Notes under the pieces: model-generated
What the model was told of the DNA's origin: nothing
Databases searched by the model: none
The model's input: the letters and a program-made list of their open reading frames with translations, nothing else
Shown: piece after piece, positions 31,647 to 43,201 of the stretch
How positions within the stretch are numbered: position 1 is the first letter of the stretch
Layout of the letters: each line of letters begins with the position of its first letter
DNA from: Nitrospirota bacterium
GTDB taxonomy: Bacteria > Nitrospirota > UBA9217
Assembly (NCBI GenBank): GCA_963845065.1
Contig: CAWJQQ010000001.1
Coordinates: forward strand, 256,001-320,000
DNA: 64,000 bases
Direction: 5' to 3'
Translations under genes and position numbers: made by a program

Positions 31647-32870
31647 ATGTCATTCGGAACTATTAGTAGACGAACCAACGGCACATGCAAAATGATTACC
31701 CTTGTGGTAACTTTTATAGGATGCCTGATTTTGACTGGCTGTGGACAGCAAAGCGTCGCAGTTGAGAGGGTACCGGCTGTTATCCCGGAGGTAGGGATAG
31801 TAATAGTACAACCACAACACGTTGTGCTTACCTCTGAACTCGCTGGACGTACCTCTGCTCACCTCATTGCCGAAGTGAGACCGCAAGTGAGCGGCATCAT
31901 TCAGAAACGTCTGTTTACGGAAGGCTCAGACGTCAAGGCCGGCGAGGTGCTCTACCAGATTGATCCGGCCACCTACCAGGCAGCCTATAACAGCGCAAAG
32001 GCTTCACTTGCGAGGGCTGAAGCCAATGTCGTTCCCGCTAAGCTGAAAGCCGAGCGATATAAGGAACTTGTCAAAATCAATGCGGTCAGTAAGCAGGATT
32101 ACGATGATATAAGTGCGGCACTAAAGCTGGCAGAAGCAGACATAGATGCCGCCGAAGCAGCAGTTGAGACCGCCCGCATTAATCTGGACTATACCAAGGT
32201 AACCGCACCCATCTCCGGACGGATAGGTCGTTCGACCGTTACCGACGGGGCGCTGGTGACCTCAGGCCAGCCGGCGGCGCTTTCCACCATCCAACAGCTC
32301 AGTTCCATGTATGTGGATGTCACCCAGTCCAGCGCCGATTTACTGCGCCTGAAGCAGAACTTGGCCAGTGGCCTGCTCAAGAGCAACGGTGCAGCCCAGG
32401 CAAAAGTGAAACTACTTCTTGAAGACGGCAGCGTCTATCCGTTGTCTGGTATTCTGAAGTTTTCGGAAGTCACCGTAGACCAGAGCACCGGCTCCATAAC
32501 GCTACGAGCCGTATTCCCAAACCCAAACAATGTTCTTCTTCCGGGGATGTTTGTTCGCGCTATTGTCGAAGAAGGATTAAATGAACATGCGATTCTCGTT
32601 CCTCAGAGAGGTATAACGCGGAATCCTGCGGGTGAAGCCACAGTCATGGTAGTTGGGAATGAAGAAAAGGCGGAGCAGAAAATCATCAAGGTTGCCCGAA
32701 CGGTCGGAGACAACTGGCTGGTCAGCCAAGGGCTCAATCCGGGCGACCGTGTTATTGTCGAAGGCCTGCAAAAGGCTCGTCCGGGCACCCAGGTGAAAGC
32801 CGTGCTCTTTGAAACCAAACAAGGTGCGGGTCCTGCGGAAGCCCTGGAAACAGCGACAGCCAGGAAGTAA
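31647..32870 (+). CDS. acrA: RND efflux periplasmic adaptor (AcrA/MexA)
   Basis: Lipobox [30 protein letters not shown]. Confidence 0.93.
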   Translation: MSFGTISRRTNGTCKMITLVVTFIGCLILTGCGQQSVAVERVPAVIPEVGIVIVQPQHVVLTSELAGRTSAHLIAEVRPQVSGIIQKRLFTEGSDVKAGEVLYQIDPATYQAAYNSAKASLARAEANVVPAKLKAERYKELVKINAVSKQDYDDISAALKLAEADIDAAEAAVETARINLDYTKVTAPISGRIGRSTVTDGALVTSGQPAALSTIQQLSSMYVDVTQSSADLLRLKQNLASGLLKSNGAAQAKVKLLLEDGSVYPLSGILKFSEVTVDQSTGSITLRAVFPNPNNVLLPGMFVRAIVEEGLNEHAILVPQRGITRNPAGEATVMVVGNEEKAEQKIIKVARTVGDNWLVSQGLNPGDRVIVEGLQKARPGTQVKAVLFETKQGAGPAEALETATARK

Positions 32871-32880
32871 GGGAGAGCTC

Positions 32881-35800
32881 ATGTCCAGATTCTTTATAAA
32901 TCGTCCTATCTTCGCCTGGGTAATCGCTATCATGGTCATGCTGGCGGGTCTCCTCGCGATCAAAGTACTGCCGGTTTCTCAGTACCCCCCCATCGCGCCG
33001 CCCACGATTGCCATCAACGCCACCTATCCGGGCGCGTCGGCCCAGACGGCGCAGGATACTGTCACCCAGGTGATCGAACAGAACATGAATGGGATCGACA
33101 ACCTGATCTATATGGCATCCACCAGCGACTCGGCCGGGGCGGTGAACATTGCTCTGACCTTCAAGGCGGGGACCGACCCGAATATCGCCCAGGTGCAGGT
33201 GCAGAACAAGCTGCAGCTGGCCATGCCGCTTCTCCCCCAGATCGTGCAGCAGCAGGGGATTCAGGTGGTCAAGTCCGGCCGCAACTATATGCTGATTGTG
33301 GGCCTGGTGTCGGAAGACGGCTCGATGGACCGCAACGCCCTGACCGACTACATGGTCTCCAATATTCAGGATATCATCAGCCGCCTGGACGGTGTAGGCG
33401 AACTTATGGTGTTCGGCACCCAGAACGCCATGAGGATATGGCTCGACCCGGCGAAGCTGAACAACTACCACCTGACCATCAACGACGTGATCACGGCTCT
33501 TCAGGCCCAGAATGTCCAGGTATCGGCCGGCCAGTTCGGAGGGACTCCTGCAGTCAAAGGGCAGCAGCTGAACGCCACGATCACGGCCCGTACCCTGCTT
33601 CAGACCGCGGACCAGTTCGACAATGTCATCCTGCGTACCAACAGCGACGGTTCCACCGTGAAGCTAAGAGATGTGGCCGAGTGCAAGATCGGCACCGAGA
33701 ACTACGACATTCAATCGTTCTACAACGGGAAGCCGATGGGGGGGGTGGCGATCCGGCTGGCGGCAGGAGCCAACGCCCTGGAGACTGCAAACCGGCTTAA
33801 GGCAAAGATGGCGGAGCTCTCAAAGTACTTTCCGCAGGGAATGAAGGTGGTCTATCCCTACGACTCCACCCCCTTCGTGAGGATTTCCATCGAAGAGGTG
33901 GTCCACACCCTGATGGAGGCGATCTTCCTGGTCTTTATCATCATGTTCCTCTTCCTGCAGAACATCCGGGCGACCATCATCCCCACCATCGCCGTGCCGG
34001 TGGTGCTCCTTGGAACCATGGGAGTGCTGGCTGCAAGCGGGTTCTCCATCAACACCCTTACCATGTTCGCCTTGGTCATCGTCATCGGCCTTCTGGTGGA
34101 CGACGCCATTGTGGTGGTGGAGAACGTGGAACGAATCATGACCGAGGAGGGACTCTCGCCCCATGACGCCACCATCAAGTCCATGGGGCAGATCACCAGC
34201 GCCCTGTGGGGGATCGCAACCGTCCTCACGGCGGTCTTCCTCCCGATGGCGTTTTTCGGCGGTTCTACCGGTGTCATCTATCGCCAGTTCTCCATTACCA
34301 TCATCTCGGCCATGATCCTGTCAGTGCTGGTGGCCCAGATCCTGACTCCGGCCCTTTGCGCCACCATGCTGAAGCCGGTCGCAAAGGGACATCATGCCGG
34401 CGAGACAGGCTGGTTTACCTGGTTCTTCCGTTATTTCAACCGGGCATTCGACTTCTGCCGGGGCAAATACGAAGGGATCGTCGGCCGTTCTTTCAGGAAG
34501 CCGGTGCGCTACCTGGTGGTCTATGGTGCCATCGTGACAGCAATGGTTTACTTCTTCCTCCATCTCCCCACCTCGTTCCTGCCGGACGAGGACCAGGGAT
34601 TCCTGCTCTGCCAGCTCCAGCTCCCCGCCGGCGCCACCCAGGAACGGACCCTGCAGTCCGTAAAGCAGATGGAGCGGTACTTCCTGGAGGACGAGAAAAA
34701 GACGGTGGAGGGGATCATAACCGTGGCCGGGTTCAGCTTTGCCGGCCGTGGCCAGAACATGGGGCTCGCATGGGTTAAGCTCAAGGACTGGAATGTGCGC
34801 AAAACCCCGGACCTGAAAGTTCCTGCCATTGCGGCTCGGGCGATGAAGGCGTTCTCGCAGATCCGGGACGGCCTCGCCTTTGCCTTCGCCCCGCCTGCGG
34901 TCCTCGAGCTCGGGGTGGCCAACGGCTTCGACTTCCAGTTGCAGGACCGTGGAGGGGTAGGGCATGAGAAGCTGATGGAGGCGCGCAATCAACTGCTCGG
35001 CATGGCAATGAAGGACCCTAAACTGACCGCGGTGCGCCCCAATGGCCAGGACGATTCTCCCCAGTTCAAGCTTGACATCGATGACGTGCGGGCCGGTGCT
35101 GTCGGGGTCTCGTTGAGTAATATCAACGACGTCCTCTCCACCGCCTGGGGGAGCACCTACGTCAACAACTTCATCCAAAACGGCCGGGTTAAGAAGGTCT
35201 ATCTCCAGTCCGATCCCCGCTACCGGATGCTGCCGGAGGACATCAACAGCTGGTACGTCAGCAATAAGGACGGCCAGATGGTGCCGTTTTCCGCCTTTGC
35301 CACCGCCCGCTGGCAGTACGGCTCCCCCCGCCTTGAGCGTTACAACGGCCTCCCGTCGGTCGAGATCCTGGGGCAGGCCGCTCCAGGCGTAAGCACCGGC
35401 GAGGCAATGGCCGAGATGGAGAAGATGGCGGCCCAGCTGCCGCCAGGGATCGGGTACGAATGGACCGGTCTTTCGTACGAGGAAAAGAATGCCGGTGCGC
35501 AGGCGCCTGCGCTCTATGCAATCTCGCTCCTCGTGGTTTTTCTGGCGGTTGCGGCATTGTATGAAAGCTGGACGATTCCTTTCGTGAATCTGCTGATGCT
35601 GCCGCTCGGCCTCGTTGGCGCTGTCACCATGGTTACGCTCCGCGGCCTTCCCAGATGACGTCTATCTCCAGATCGGTCTGCTCACGACCGTCGGGCTTTC
35701 GACCAAGAACGCCATCCTGATCATCCAGTTCATCAAGGAACAGATGCGCCAGGGGCACGAACTGATGGAGGCGACGTTGAACGCGGTGAAAATCAGACTC

Positions 35801-36052
35801 CGTCCGGTAATCATGACCTCCCTTGCCTTCTTCTTCGGCACGCTGCCGCTCGCGCTGACCAAGGGAGCGGGCGCCGGGGCCCAGAACGCCATCGGCACCG
35901 CCGTCACCGGCGGACTACTCTCGGCGACATTTATCGACCTGATCTTTATTCCATTTTTCTTTGTGCTGGTGACGCGGCTGTTTATGTCCAGGCGACCTGT
36001 AGCGCAGCCTGAGCAAGATAAAGGCCTCGCTTTGACTTCAGAGGAGAATTGA
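32881..36052 (+). pseudogene. acrB: RND efflux permease (AcrB/MexB) with +1 frameshift near 35653
   Basis: [14 protein letters not shown]...[43 protein letters not shown] continues in a second frame. Confidence 0.9.
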
Positions 36053-36053
36053 T

Positions 36054-37478
36054 ATGATAACTGCAATCCGCACCTCGTTAATTTTCTCGATGGTGCTTCT
36101 CGTGTTGTCAGGCTGTGTAAGTATGGCTCCGAAATATGCTCGCCCGGAAGCGCCTGTTCCTGCGAAATGGCCGAGCGGTCCTGCTTACAAAGAGAACACT
36201 GCCGTGCAAGGCAGCCATAGCGCTGACGAGATCAAGTGGCAGGAGTTTTTTACGGATAAGAAACTACAACAGCTGATCGCTCTGGCGCTCGATAATAACC
36301 GCGACTTGCGGATAGCTGCGCTCAACATAGAAAGGTCACAGGCGCTTTATAGAATCCAGCGCGCCGATCTTTTCCCTACAGTGAACGCCACCGGCACGGG
36401 GATCGCAGAGCGGGTGCCTGCAGTCCTTTCTGCCACGGGACAGACTATAACGGGGCATGTATACAATGTCAGCCTTGGGTTCAGTGCCTATGAGATCGAT
36501 ATTTTCGGACGCGTGCGAAGCCTTAAAGACCAGGCACTCGAGGAGTTTTTCGCCACTGAGGAGGCGCGCCGCAGTGTGCAGATCAGCTTGGTGGCCGAAG
36601 TTGCAAGCGACTACCTGACTCTTGCTGCCGATAAAGAGCACTTGAAAATAGCACAAGGCACGTTCGAGAGCCAGCAGGCATCGTATAACCTAATCAAGAG
36701 CCGTTTCGAATTCGGTGTCTCCTCGGAACTGGATGTTCGTCAGGCCCAGACAAGTGTCGATTCTGCTCGGGTGGATATTGCTAGCTTCACCAGCCAGGTG
36801 GCCCAGGACGAAAATGCACTAGCGCTTGTGATTGGCTCGCCAGTGCCTACTGATCTCCTGCCGTCCGGGCTTGGTGCGATTACCGCTTTGAAAGAACTCA
36901 GCGCGGGTTTGCCGTCAGATGTGTTGCAACGCCGTCCCGATATCGTGCAGGCAGAACACCTCCTCAAAGCTGCCAACGCCAACATCGGCGCCGCACGCGC
37001 GGCTTTCTTTCCAAGCATTACGCTCACGACGAGCATTGGTGCTGCAAGCGCTCAGCTGTCCGAGCTTTTTAATGGAGGAGCTACTGCAGCATGGAGCTTT
37101 GCACCGCAAATTAACCTGCCGATCTTCGATGCAGGGCGAAACCTGGCCAATCTGAAGGTGACAGAAGTCGATCGTAAGATATTCCTTTCCCAATATGAGA
37201 AGGCGATTCAGGGCGCTTTTAGTGAAGTATCCGATGCTCTGGCACAACATGGCACCCTTGACGATCAAATGGAGGCCCAGCAATCATTAACAGATGCCAC
37301 CAACAAAAGCTACAACTTATCGGAGGCGCGCTATCTCAATGGAATAGCAAGCTACCTGAATGTGCTAGACTCGCAACGCTCCCTTTACAGTGCGCAGCAG
37401 GGGCTAATTACCGTTCATCTTTCTCGGCTGATCAATTCGGTAACACTCTATAAGGTACTGGGTGGGGGTGGAGTATAA
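36054..37478 (+). CDS. oprM: Efflux outer-membrane lipoprotein (OprM/NodT)
   Basis: Lipobox [44 protein letters not shown]. Confidence 0.93.
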   Translation: MITAIRTSLIFSMVLLVLSGCVSMAPKYARPEAPVPAKWPSGPAYKENTAVQGSHSADEIKWQEFFTDKKLQQLIALALDNNRDLRIAALNIERSQALYRIQRADLFPTVNATGTGIAERVPAVLSATGQTITGHVYNVSLGFSAYEIDIFGRVRSLKDQALEEFFATEEARRSVQISLVAEVASDYLTLAADKEHLKIAQGTFESQQASYNLIKSRFEFGVSSELDVRQAQTSVDSARVDIASFTSQVAQDENALALVIGSPVPTDLLPSGLGAITALKELSAGLPSDVLQRRPDIVQAEHLLKAANANIGAARAAFFPSITLTTSIGAASAQLSELFNGGATAAWSFAPQINLPIFDAGRNLANLKVTEVDRKIFLSQYEKAIQGAFSEVSDALAQHGTLDDQMEAQQSLTDATNKSYNLSEARYLNGIASYLNVLDSQRSLYSAQQGLITVHLSRLINSVTLYKVLGGGGV

Positions 37479-37630
37479 ATGTGAACTCATTGCCCCTTCG
37501 GCCATTTCCTGGGTTAAAAGGTGAGAAGTCCTCTGGATTTTTAAGGTCGTTGTGAAAAAATAGATATTTTAGCTGACAGAGAATCTTTCCCTATCGTTCG
37601 TTAATACTGTCAGACCTGATTATTCTTGCA

Positions 37631-37700
37631 CAATTCGAGATGATGTATGCAACTTCAAAAAAGGCGCAACCAGTGTGACTTCAGGATGGATCTCGCACTT
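37631..37700 (+). repeat. Outer left arm only of a CACCTAC-core site
   Basis: TATGCAACTTCAAAAAAGGCGCAACCAG...TCAGGA vs TATGCAACTTCCAAAAGATGCAACCGG...ACAGGA at 58089; same 34-nt TGCAA-to-CAGGA spacing. Confidence 0.7.
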
Positions 37701-37763
37701 TAATGAAGATTGCACAGATCACAGATTCACCCGGAATCATGGAATTTTGAAATCAACGAATCA

Positions 37764-38093
37764 TTAGTCATCTTGAAGTGGCGCGTCGACTAGATCAAGT
37801 ACTAGGGAATGAAATTCTACATCAAACCATTTTTTGAACGTTGCTAGGTCGCGTTTTTTCGGCCAGTCGTTCTTTTCCGTCCACCATCCATTAAGCTGTT
37901 CTTCAAAAATTAGGTCGTAAAATTGTTGTAGTAATTCTGCCTCTTCAGAATCATAAATAAGCGCTGGCAAAAGATAAGCGGTAGTATCATGATTGATACT
38001 ATCCTTTGAAACGTCTGCAGGATCGGAAAGTGATTTTAACCATTTCAGGAATGGTTCTTTTAACCGGATTATTGCAACGGATCGGTTTAGCAT
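37764..38093 (-). CDS. Conserved hypothetical protein
   Basis: MLNRS...KEPFLKWL...IFEEQL.GW...WP..R....FKKWF.VEFHS pattern. Confidence 0.8.
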   Translation of the reverse strand: MLNRSVAIIRLKEPFLKWLKSLSDPADVSKDSINHDTTAYLLPALIYDSEEAELLQQFYDLIFEEQLNGWWTEKNDWPKKRDLATFKKWFDVEFHSLVLDLVDAPLQDD

Positions 38094-38099
38094 GGTATG

Positions 38100-38795
38100 T
38101 TATACACCATCATTTTTGACGTGACTCCAGGTTAGCATGATTTCTTCTACTTTCCCTTGGACACGACTTCGCGCGTCCAGCCTGTCATATCCCATAGCCA
38201 AGAGCCTGTCGTATGACGTTTCTACATGTCTGATATGAGCGATAACAGCCAAAAGAACGGGCTTTTCCTCGAGATCCTTTGCAGACGCTGTGCGGCCGAT
38301 GCGACCGCTGTATTTAAGACATGCATGTTCTGCAATAATAGCTTCTCTCCCCGGTGGATATAGGGGAAAAAGTTCGCGAATGCGTTTGGCAAATTGATCT
38401 ATATATGCGTGATCATATTCCGCCCGCCGCTCCGCTACGCGCTCTCTTCGACGTGCTCGAACTTCGTTATCACCTAAACATGCCTGTTCTGCCTGCTCTA
38501 GGGCCTGCTCCTCGACCAAGATGCCTTGCCGTTCGTATCTTTTTCTGGCCTGGCTCCATTTAAGGACTACCGCTGTCAGGGTTGAGGTCTTATGAGCTCT
38601 CCTTGTTAAGGCAGTATTCCCGGAAGGGAGATAGGCCAGGTGTGCTATACCAGCACAGGATAAGCAAAGAGCTCCCATTGCCCGATCCAGAGTAATCCAT
38701 GCCTTTCGACCGAGTTCCTGTCCGCACTCATCACAGACGGATTCCCTGTTTGATATGAAAACCTTAAGGTCAGTAGGTTGTACTATCGAGTTCAT
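38100..38795 (-). CDS. DUF2293 domain protein (start approximate)
   Basis: CDEC...CLSC, ALTRRA, RKRYERQG, SGRIGRT, AHIRH.ET.YD.LL. Confidence 0.85.
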   Translation of the reverse strand: MNSIVQPTDLKVFISNRESVCDECGQELGRKAWITLDRAMGALCLSCAGIAHLAYLPSGNTALTRRAHKTSTLTAVVLKWSQARKRYERQGILVEEQALEQAEQACLGDNEVRARRRERVAERRAEYDHAYIDQFAKRIRELFPLYPPGREAIIAEHACLKYSGRIGRTASAKDLEEKPVLLAVIAHIRHVETSYDRLLAMGYDRLDARSRVQGKVEEIMLTWSHVKNDGV

Positions 38796-38944
38796 TTTTA
38801 CCGGTATTATGGTACGAGAAATGTAATTTTGCAATCAGAATCAAAATACCCAGAAACGTGTTTTATACTTAATCTGGTTTTACGATGTTGACCTTATTCC
38901 CCATAAAGAACATCTATCGAGTGTATTTCTTGAGCGTTATTTAT

Positions 38945-39063
38945 TGAGCCGCAAAAAACACCAGACTCCTGTCTGGTGATGAAGCGGCAGCCCGTAGGGC
39001 TCATGCAAGATATTTGCATGTAACATTTAAAGAAGCCCCCAGCTTCCCGCTGGGGAATTTCAC
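38945..39063 (+). mobile_element. 119-bp non-autonomous IS200/IS605-type element, copy 2
   Basis: TTAT|TGAGCCGC...TTCAC; near-identical to 30475-30593 in unrelated flanks. Confidence 0.85.
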
Positions 39064-39344
39064 TTTTCCTAAGCACATCAGGGTCGCAATAAGGCCGTGA
39101 TGTGCTCTTCCTTACAGCATATGGCAGGAGTTTTCAATGAAACAAGGCAAAATATTTTGGCACAACTCATGAATAAAGAAGTGGAATGCGGTTTGCGGTT
39201 AATTTTAAAAAGAGGACGGATTGATTAACGTAGCTACCGATTAACAACGATGGAGGTAAAACGAATAAGTGAGATGAATGCTGATCTGCCTTGACATGTA
39301 GCCACATAATAGTATAATGTATATACATGCAGAAAGGAGGGACC

Positions 39345-39542
39345 ATGCAGACTGCGACAAAAAAGACCGCAAAGCATTTTAGGCTGGATGAAACGATGAT
39401 TAAAAGTGCTCAGAAGATACTCGGGTCCAAGACTGAGACCGAGGCAATCGAAACAGCGCTTGCCGAGATCATCTACCAGGAGAAAATAAGGAAGTTTATC
39501 GAACAGACCGCCGGAAAGTTCAAATTCGAGGGACTCAATTGA
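39345..39542 (+). CDS. VapB-like antitoxin
   Basis: KHFRLDETMIKSAQKILGSKTETEAIETAL; RBS GGAGG; TTGACA-N16-TATAAT upstream. Confidence 0.8.
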   Translation: MQTATKKTAKHFRLDETMIKSAQKILGSKTETEAIETALAEIIYQEKIRKFIEQTAGKFKFEGLN

Positions 39543-39955
39543 AACCAAAGGCTGTTCCTGATACTTCCTTCCTCATTGAGCATTTCAGAAGGGGAACTGT
39601 TCAAGAAGCTTTTCTAAATCTTACCCGCTACTATCATATTTCTTTCAGTTCCGTCGTTTTGATGGAGCTTTTCGCCGGTGCATTTGATCCAAAGGAACAG
39701 AAGCTTATTGACCAGATAGCGCGGAATTTTACGGTCATATCAGTTACTGAGCGTGAATGGTTTGCTTGCGGTGAGATCATGATGAAACTGCGAAGAGATA
39801 AAAAGATTGACAGGGAGCGGCTAAGAGGACTTCTTGCGGATATCCTGATCGCGGTATCGGTCCGGGACACAGGTGCGGTTCTCATCACGAAGAACGAAAA
39901 GGACTTCAAGCTTATCCGCGAAGTGTATACTTTTAAATATGTCGCGATTGATTGA
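39539..39955 (+). CDS. vapC: PIN-domain VapC toxin
   Basis: PDTSFLI, VLMEL, DILIA, ITKNEKDF; overlaps the antitoxin stop. Confidence 0.88.
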   Translation: MKPKAVPDTSFLIEHFRRGTVQEAFLNLTRYYHISFSSVVLMELFAGAFDPKEQKLIDQIARNFTVISVTEREWFACGEIMMKLRRDKKIDRERLRGLLADILIAVSVRDTGAVLITKNEKDFKLIREVYTFKYVAID

Positions 39956-40163
39956 TATTGACCACGTTTTTTACTACTGTCCTCTTAATTACTGTTCTGA
40001 AAAGAAAAACCTATTAATCGTTATCGCCTCCGTCTTTGCCCCAAACAATTCGATGCACGTCAAGAGTCAGAATGTGCCAGTAAGCAGGATTTCATGCAGT
40101 CAAATGCAGTAAAACAGCATTATATGATCCAGTTAAAACGCGCATAGCGTTTCCAAGCAAGCC

Positions 40164-40214
40164 TCGGGTCCATACTCCGAAGGTCGTCGGTTCAAATCCG
40201 GCCCCCCGCCACTA
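40164..40214 (+). other. Degenerate 3' part of tRNA-fMet (att-like scar)
   Basis: TCGGGTCCATACTCCGAAGGTCGTCGGTTCAAATCCGGCCCCCCGCCACTA; no 5' half. Confidence 0.8.
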
Positions 40215-40222
40215 AACTTACT

Positions 40223-40256
40223 AAGGGGTTACAGTTCATACTGTAACCCCTTTTTT
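40223..40256 (+). terminator. Intrinsic terminator after the tRNA fragment
   Basis: GGGGTTACAG-TTCATA-CTGTAACCCC-T6. Confidence 0.8.
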
Positions 40257-40297
40257 GATAACAGGACAGTTATAGGACAGTTGATTGAAACTTTGCG

Positions 40298-40566
40298 CCT
40301 GGGATCCGCGCATGTGACTTGGTTTCTCAAGATGATCGAGATAGGATGAACAGAAGGCAATATGTATAGGCATTGCGTAGTTTCAGGCATTACATTCGGA
40401 TCGGCGCTAGCAATAACAATATTATGGAGTCTCAACAAGTCAGTTCTCTGGGCGATCATTTAGGGGATCTTTTCGTGGCTGTACGTGATTTATTATTTAG
40501 TTGTGAGCTAATGATAAACAGGAAGGAAGGCCCCCGGTAGATGACTAATGACGAGTATGATATCGC
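40298..40566 (+). repeat. ~270-290 bp non-coding direct repeat, copy 1
   Basis: Shares GCAATAACAATAT.ATGGAGTCTCAACAAGTCAGTT, GCTAATGATAAACAG and other blocks with 41507-41797. Confidence 0.85.
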
Positions 40567-40685
40567 TATCCGTTGCATGGGGATGACTTGTCCCAGGGCT
40601 ATAAAATCGAGGTTGCAAAAAAAGTCATAGGAGGTTCTCGCACCCTTGCTTTACGCACCACCTTGCTCAAATCAGCTTTTAGACA

Positions 40686-41051
40686 TTAATTGTTCACCAT
40701 CTCCTCGTTTGCATTGTGCCCCGATTTCAGTTTGACTGTAACAAAAAACGTCGCATTATTAATGCTCGTAATTAAAACCAAGATTCCTTCCGTTGCGGGG
40801 TCGTAGTTGCTTAAAAGCGCGGCCAAGCTGGCTTTAGAGTCTATGCCATCAATTATTTCAAGAACATCGTTTTTGGTTGTGTAATCATACTCAGTGGGAA
40901 TTTTACCATTAATTACTGAATCCGTATAAACAAGAAGCGCACCCCTTCCTTCTGATAAATAGCATTCTCTGTAGACCATGGAAATTTCGGGCAAAAATAG
41001 GTCAAGTGCTGATAAAGCCTTATCTCTTTCTTCTAGTGGTGTCATCGCCAT
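40686..41051 (-). CDS. Hypothetical protein
   Basis: 121-aa ORF with GTGGAG RBS; EGRGALLV, YDP.TE motifs. Confidence 0.7.
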   Translation of the reverse strand: MAMTPLEERDKALSALDLFLPEISMVYRECYLSEGRGALLVYTDSVINGKIPTEYDYTTKNDVLEIIDGIDSKASLAALLSNYDPATEGILVLITSINNATFFVTVKLKSGHNANEEMVNN

Positions 41052-41070
41052 TTTATTATCTCCACTTATT

Positions 41071-41412
41071 CTAATGATAAGTGGGTGGCTCCATTGTTGA
41101 GGTTACGATGTCGATAACGTCTTCACCCGTCAAACCGAGTTTTTCATTCATCTGCATAGTTTGTGCTTTTGCCGTGGTGTAGTCGCAGTGCCATCCCCAG
41201 TCCATTTTATAAAATCCAGCATCTCCCTCAACGGCAACGCATACGATAAAAGCACCATCTTCGGTGCGTTCGCAATCCAGGACAAAGTATGCTTTACGTT
41301 TGCCTTTTGAAGCATCCTCGATAAAATCCATCACTTGGCAGTTCGTCACAGACTTTTTCTTTGATGGAGAGACAACCTTCTTTCTTGATGGTGAAGCAGC
41401 CTTGGCTTTCAC
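41071..41412 (-). CDS. Hypothetical protein (phage/mobile-element-like)
   Basis: 113-aa ORF with GGAGG RBS; lies in tandem with the next ORF. Confidence 0.7.
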   Translation of the reverse strand: MKAKAASPSRKKVVSPSKKKSVTNCQVMDFIEDASKGKRKAYFVLDCERTEDGAFIVCVAVEGDAGFYKMDWGWHCDYTTAKAQTMQMNEKLGLTGEDVIDIVTSTMEPPTYH

Positions 41413-41506
41413 TTATAACCTCCGAGCTTTATTTGTTCATCTATCTTAGAGTTATTTTGCAATAAGTGCAAGTAGACTCTGAAAAGCTGAATTTCAAGAC
41501 CTTAAA

Positions 41507-41797
41507 CCTGGGATTCGCGCATGGGACAAAGGCTTCTAAAGATGATCAATATAAGATGAACAAACGAAGAAAAGACGCCAAGGGGAGGTAGATATGTATA
41601 GGCGTAGGGTTGTTTCAGGCATAACGTTCCGATAGGCTCTGGCAATAACAATATCATGGAGTCTCAACAAGTCAGTTTCTGGGCGATCATATAGGGGCTT
41701 TTTCCCTGGCTGTGCATGATTAATTATTTAGATGTGCGCTAATGATAAACAGCAAGGAAGACAAACGGTAGATGAATAATGACAGGCATGATATTGC
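41507..41797 (+). repeat. ~270-290 bp non-coding direct repeat, copy 2
   Basis: See copy 1; carries an extra ~22-nt insert. Confidence 0.85.
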
Positions 41798-42337
41798 CGC
41801 ACTTAAATCCTCAATGGCATTTGAATATTCAGCTTATTTTTTAGTATCTCCCTTGACTAATGCCAATTCCCTTTTTAGCCTTTAAGCTTCCTTCATTGCT
41901 TCTTGAGCTGTTTTCTTTGAGTCCTCAAGGTCTTTGATATTCTGCACGTCAGTTCTTAATGCATCAACAGACTTAGTAACTTCCTTCGGGTCCGCTAAAA
42001 TCTTTGCTTTAATATAATAGGTTTTCCCATCCCATTTCTCGTCAATCACCTCTGCACTCACGATTCCAGCTGTAAGCGTTGTTATTTGGTCTTTGGTCAT
42101 CTGATAGTTTTTAACTTCGGTTTCACTGATAAGATAATTTCCAAGCTCTTCCAACAAGGCCCTTTTAACCTGTTCAAGTGCAATAGCTCGACTCGACACT
42201 TTGCTGTCGATGTCACTTGCCATGTAGGTATATTCCTTGATGAAAGTTTTGGCTTCAGCGGAAGATATATTGGGTAAAGTCAGAGATAATATTAATAAGA
42301 TAACCGCCAATATTTCATTGGCTTTATTCATTGCCAT
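41798..42337 (-). pseudogene. Truncated secreted protein (N-terminus of a type usually followed by TPR/Sel1 repeats)
   Basis: Signal peptide, KTFIKEYTYMASDIDSKVSSRAIALEQVKR; frame continues through two stops until the repeat. Confidence 0.6.
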
Positions 42338-42800
42338 GAGCCGTTCCTCCGTATAAGGAAGTCAGGCATGAGTATTTCTATAGCAGTATTGCAGGCGAGA
42401 ATAACTGTGTCGAGTGCTATTTAAAAAAGGTATTGTGATTCAAGGTTTTTACCGGGATTCAGCCATGCCTTGCGAGCTTTCTGATGCAGGATACGATTAC
42501 TTCCGAGATTTGTAGGGTTTTGGTAGCTGACGAATATCATGCTCTTGCTCACTCACGTCTTCTTCGTAGCGTTCTGGCGGAGTCAATTCGATTCCGTAAT
42601 CTTCTCCCTGTTCGATACACTGGAAATTATCAGCATGTCCAACTTTCCATCTAGTTATCTCAATCCCTTTTTTTATATTTTTGCTCACAGTTCGGCCCAT
42701 ATAGTTTTACCTTGTGTCGGAGCATTGGTAAGGTCTTTTGTGGATACAGTAACAGGCAGAACGAGAATGAGCAGAAGCAGAATTAGTTTTAATTTCATAG

Positions 42801-42989
42801 TTATTTCCCTGTAATAAAGAATCTGACTATCCTACCTATAAAAGTTATCCCTATGGCAATGCCTATAATTATCGCAAGGAAAATAGCAAAATAGAGTGCC
42901 AACTTGAAGACCAGATAAAATAATGGGAATAAAACTACACATAGTATTATCGTAAGGCAACCTGTAGCGAAATCTTTGGTTTCCAACAT
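42801..42989 (-). CDS. Small two-TM membrane protein
   Basis: 62-aa hydrophobic ORF. Confidence 0.5.
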   Translation of the reverse strand: MLETKDFATGCLTIILCVVLFPLFYLVFKLALYFAIFLAIIIGIAIGITFIGRIVRFFITGK

Positions 42990-43201
42990 AGGGTAGCTTT
43001 CTTGATTTCCTCTTCATGTAGAGTCTATTGTGAATTATAACAGAAGTGGGAAAAGAGGGAAGCAATAACTTGATTAGAATAGACGGGTGTGATAATGTGC
43101 CACATATTTCCCAATAGTATTAAGGATTCAGCTTGATAAGCATTGATTAACACGGTTAGCATCAAAAAACAGATTTTAGAACGCAATGAGAGGAAACAAA
43201 C

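Noticed and set aside
32752..35557. Long antisense ORFs over acrB, asmA and the kinases
   Set aside because: Shadow frames of GC-rich genes with no recognisable motifs.
40298..41797. DGR template/variable repeat pair
   Set aside because: Differences are not adenine-specific, include indels, lie outside ORFs, and no reverse transcriptase is present.
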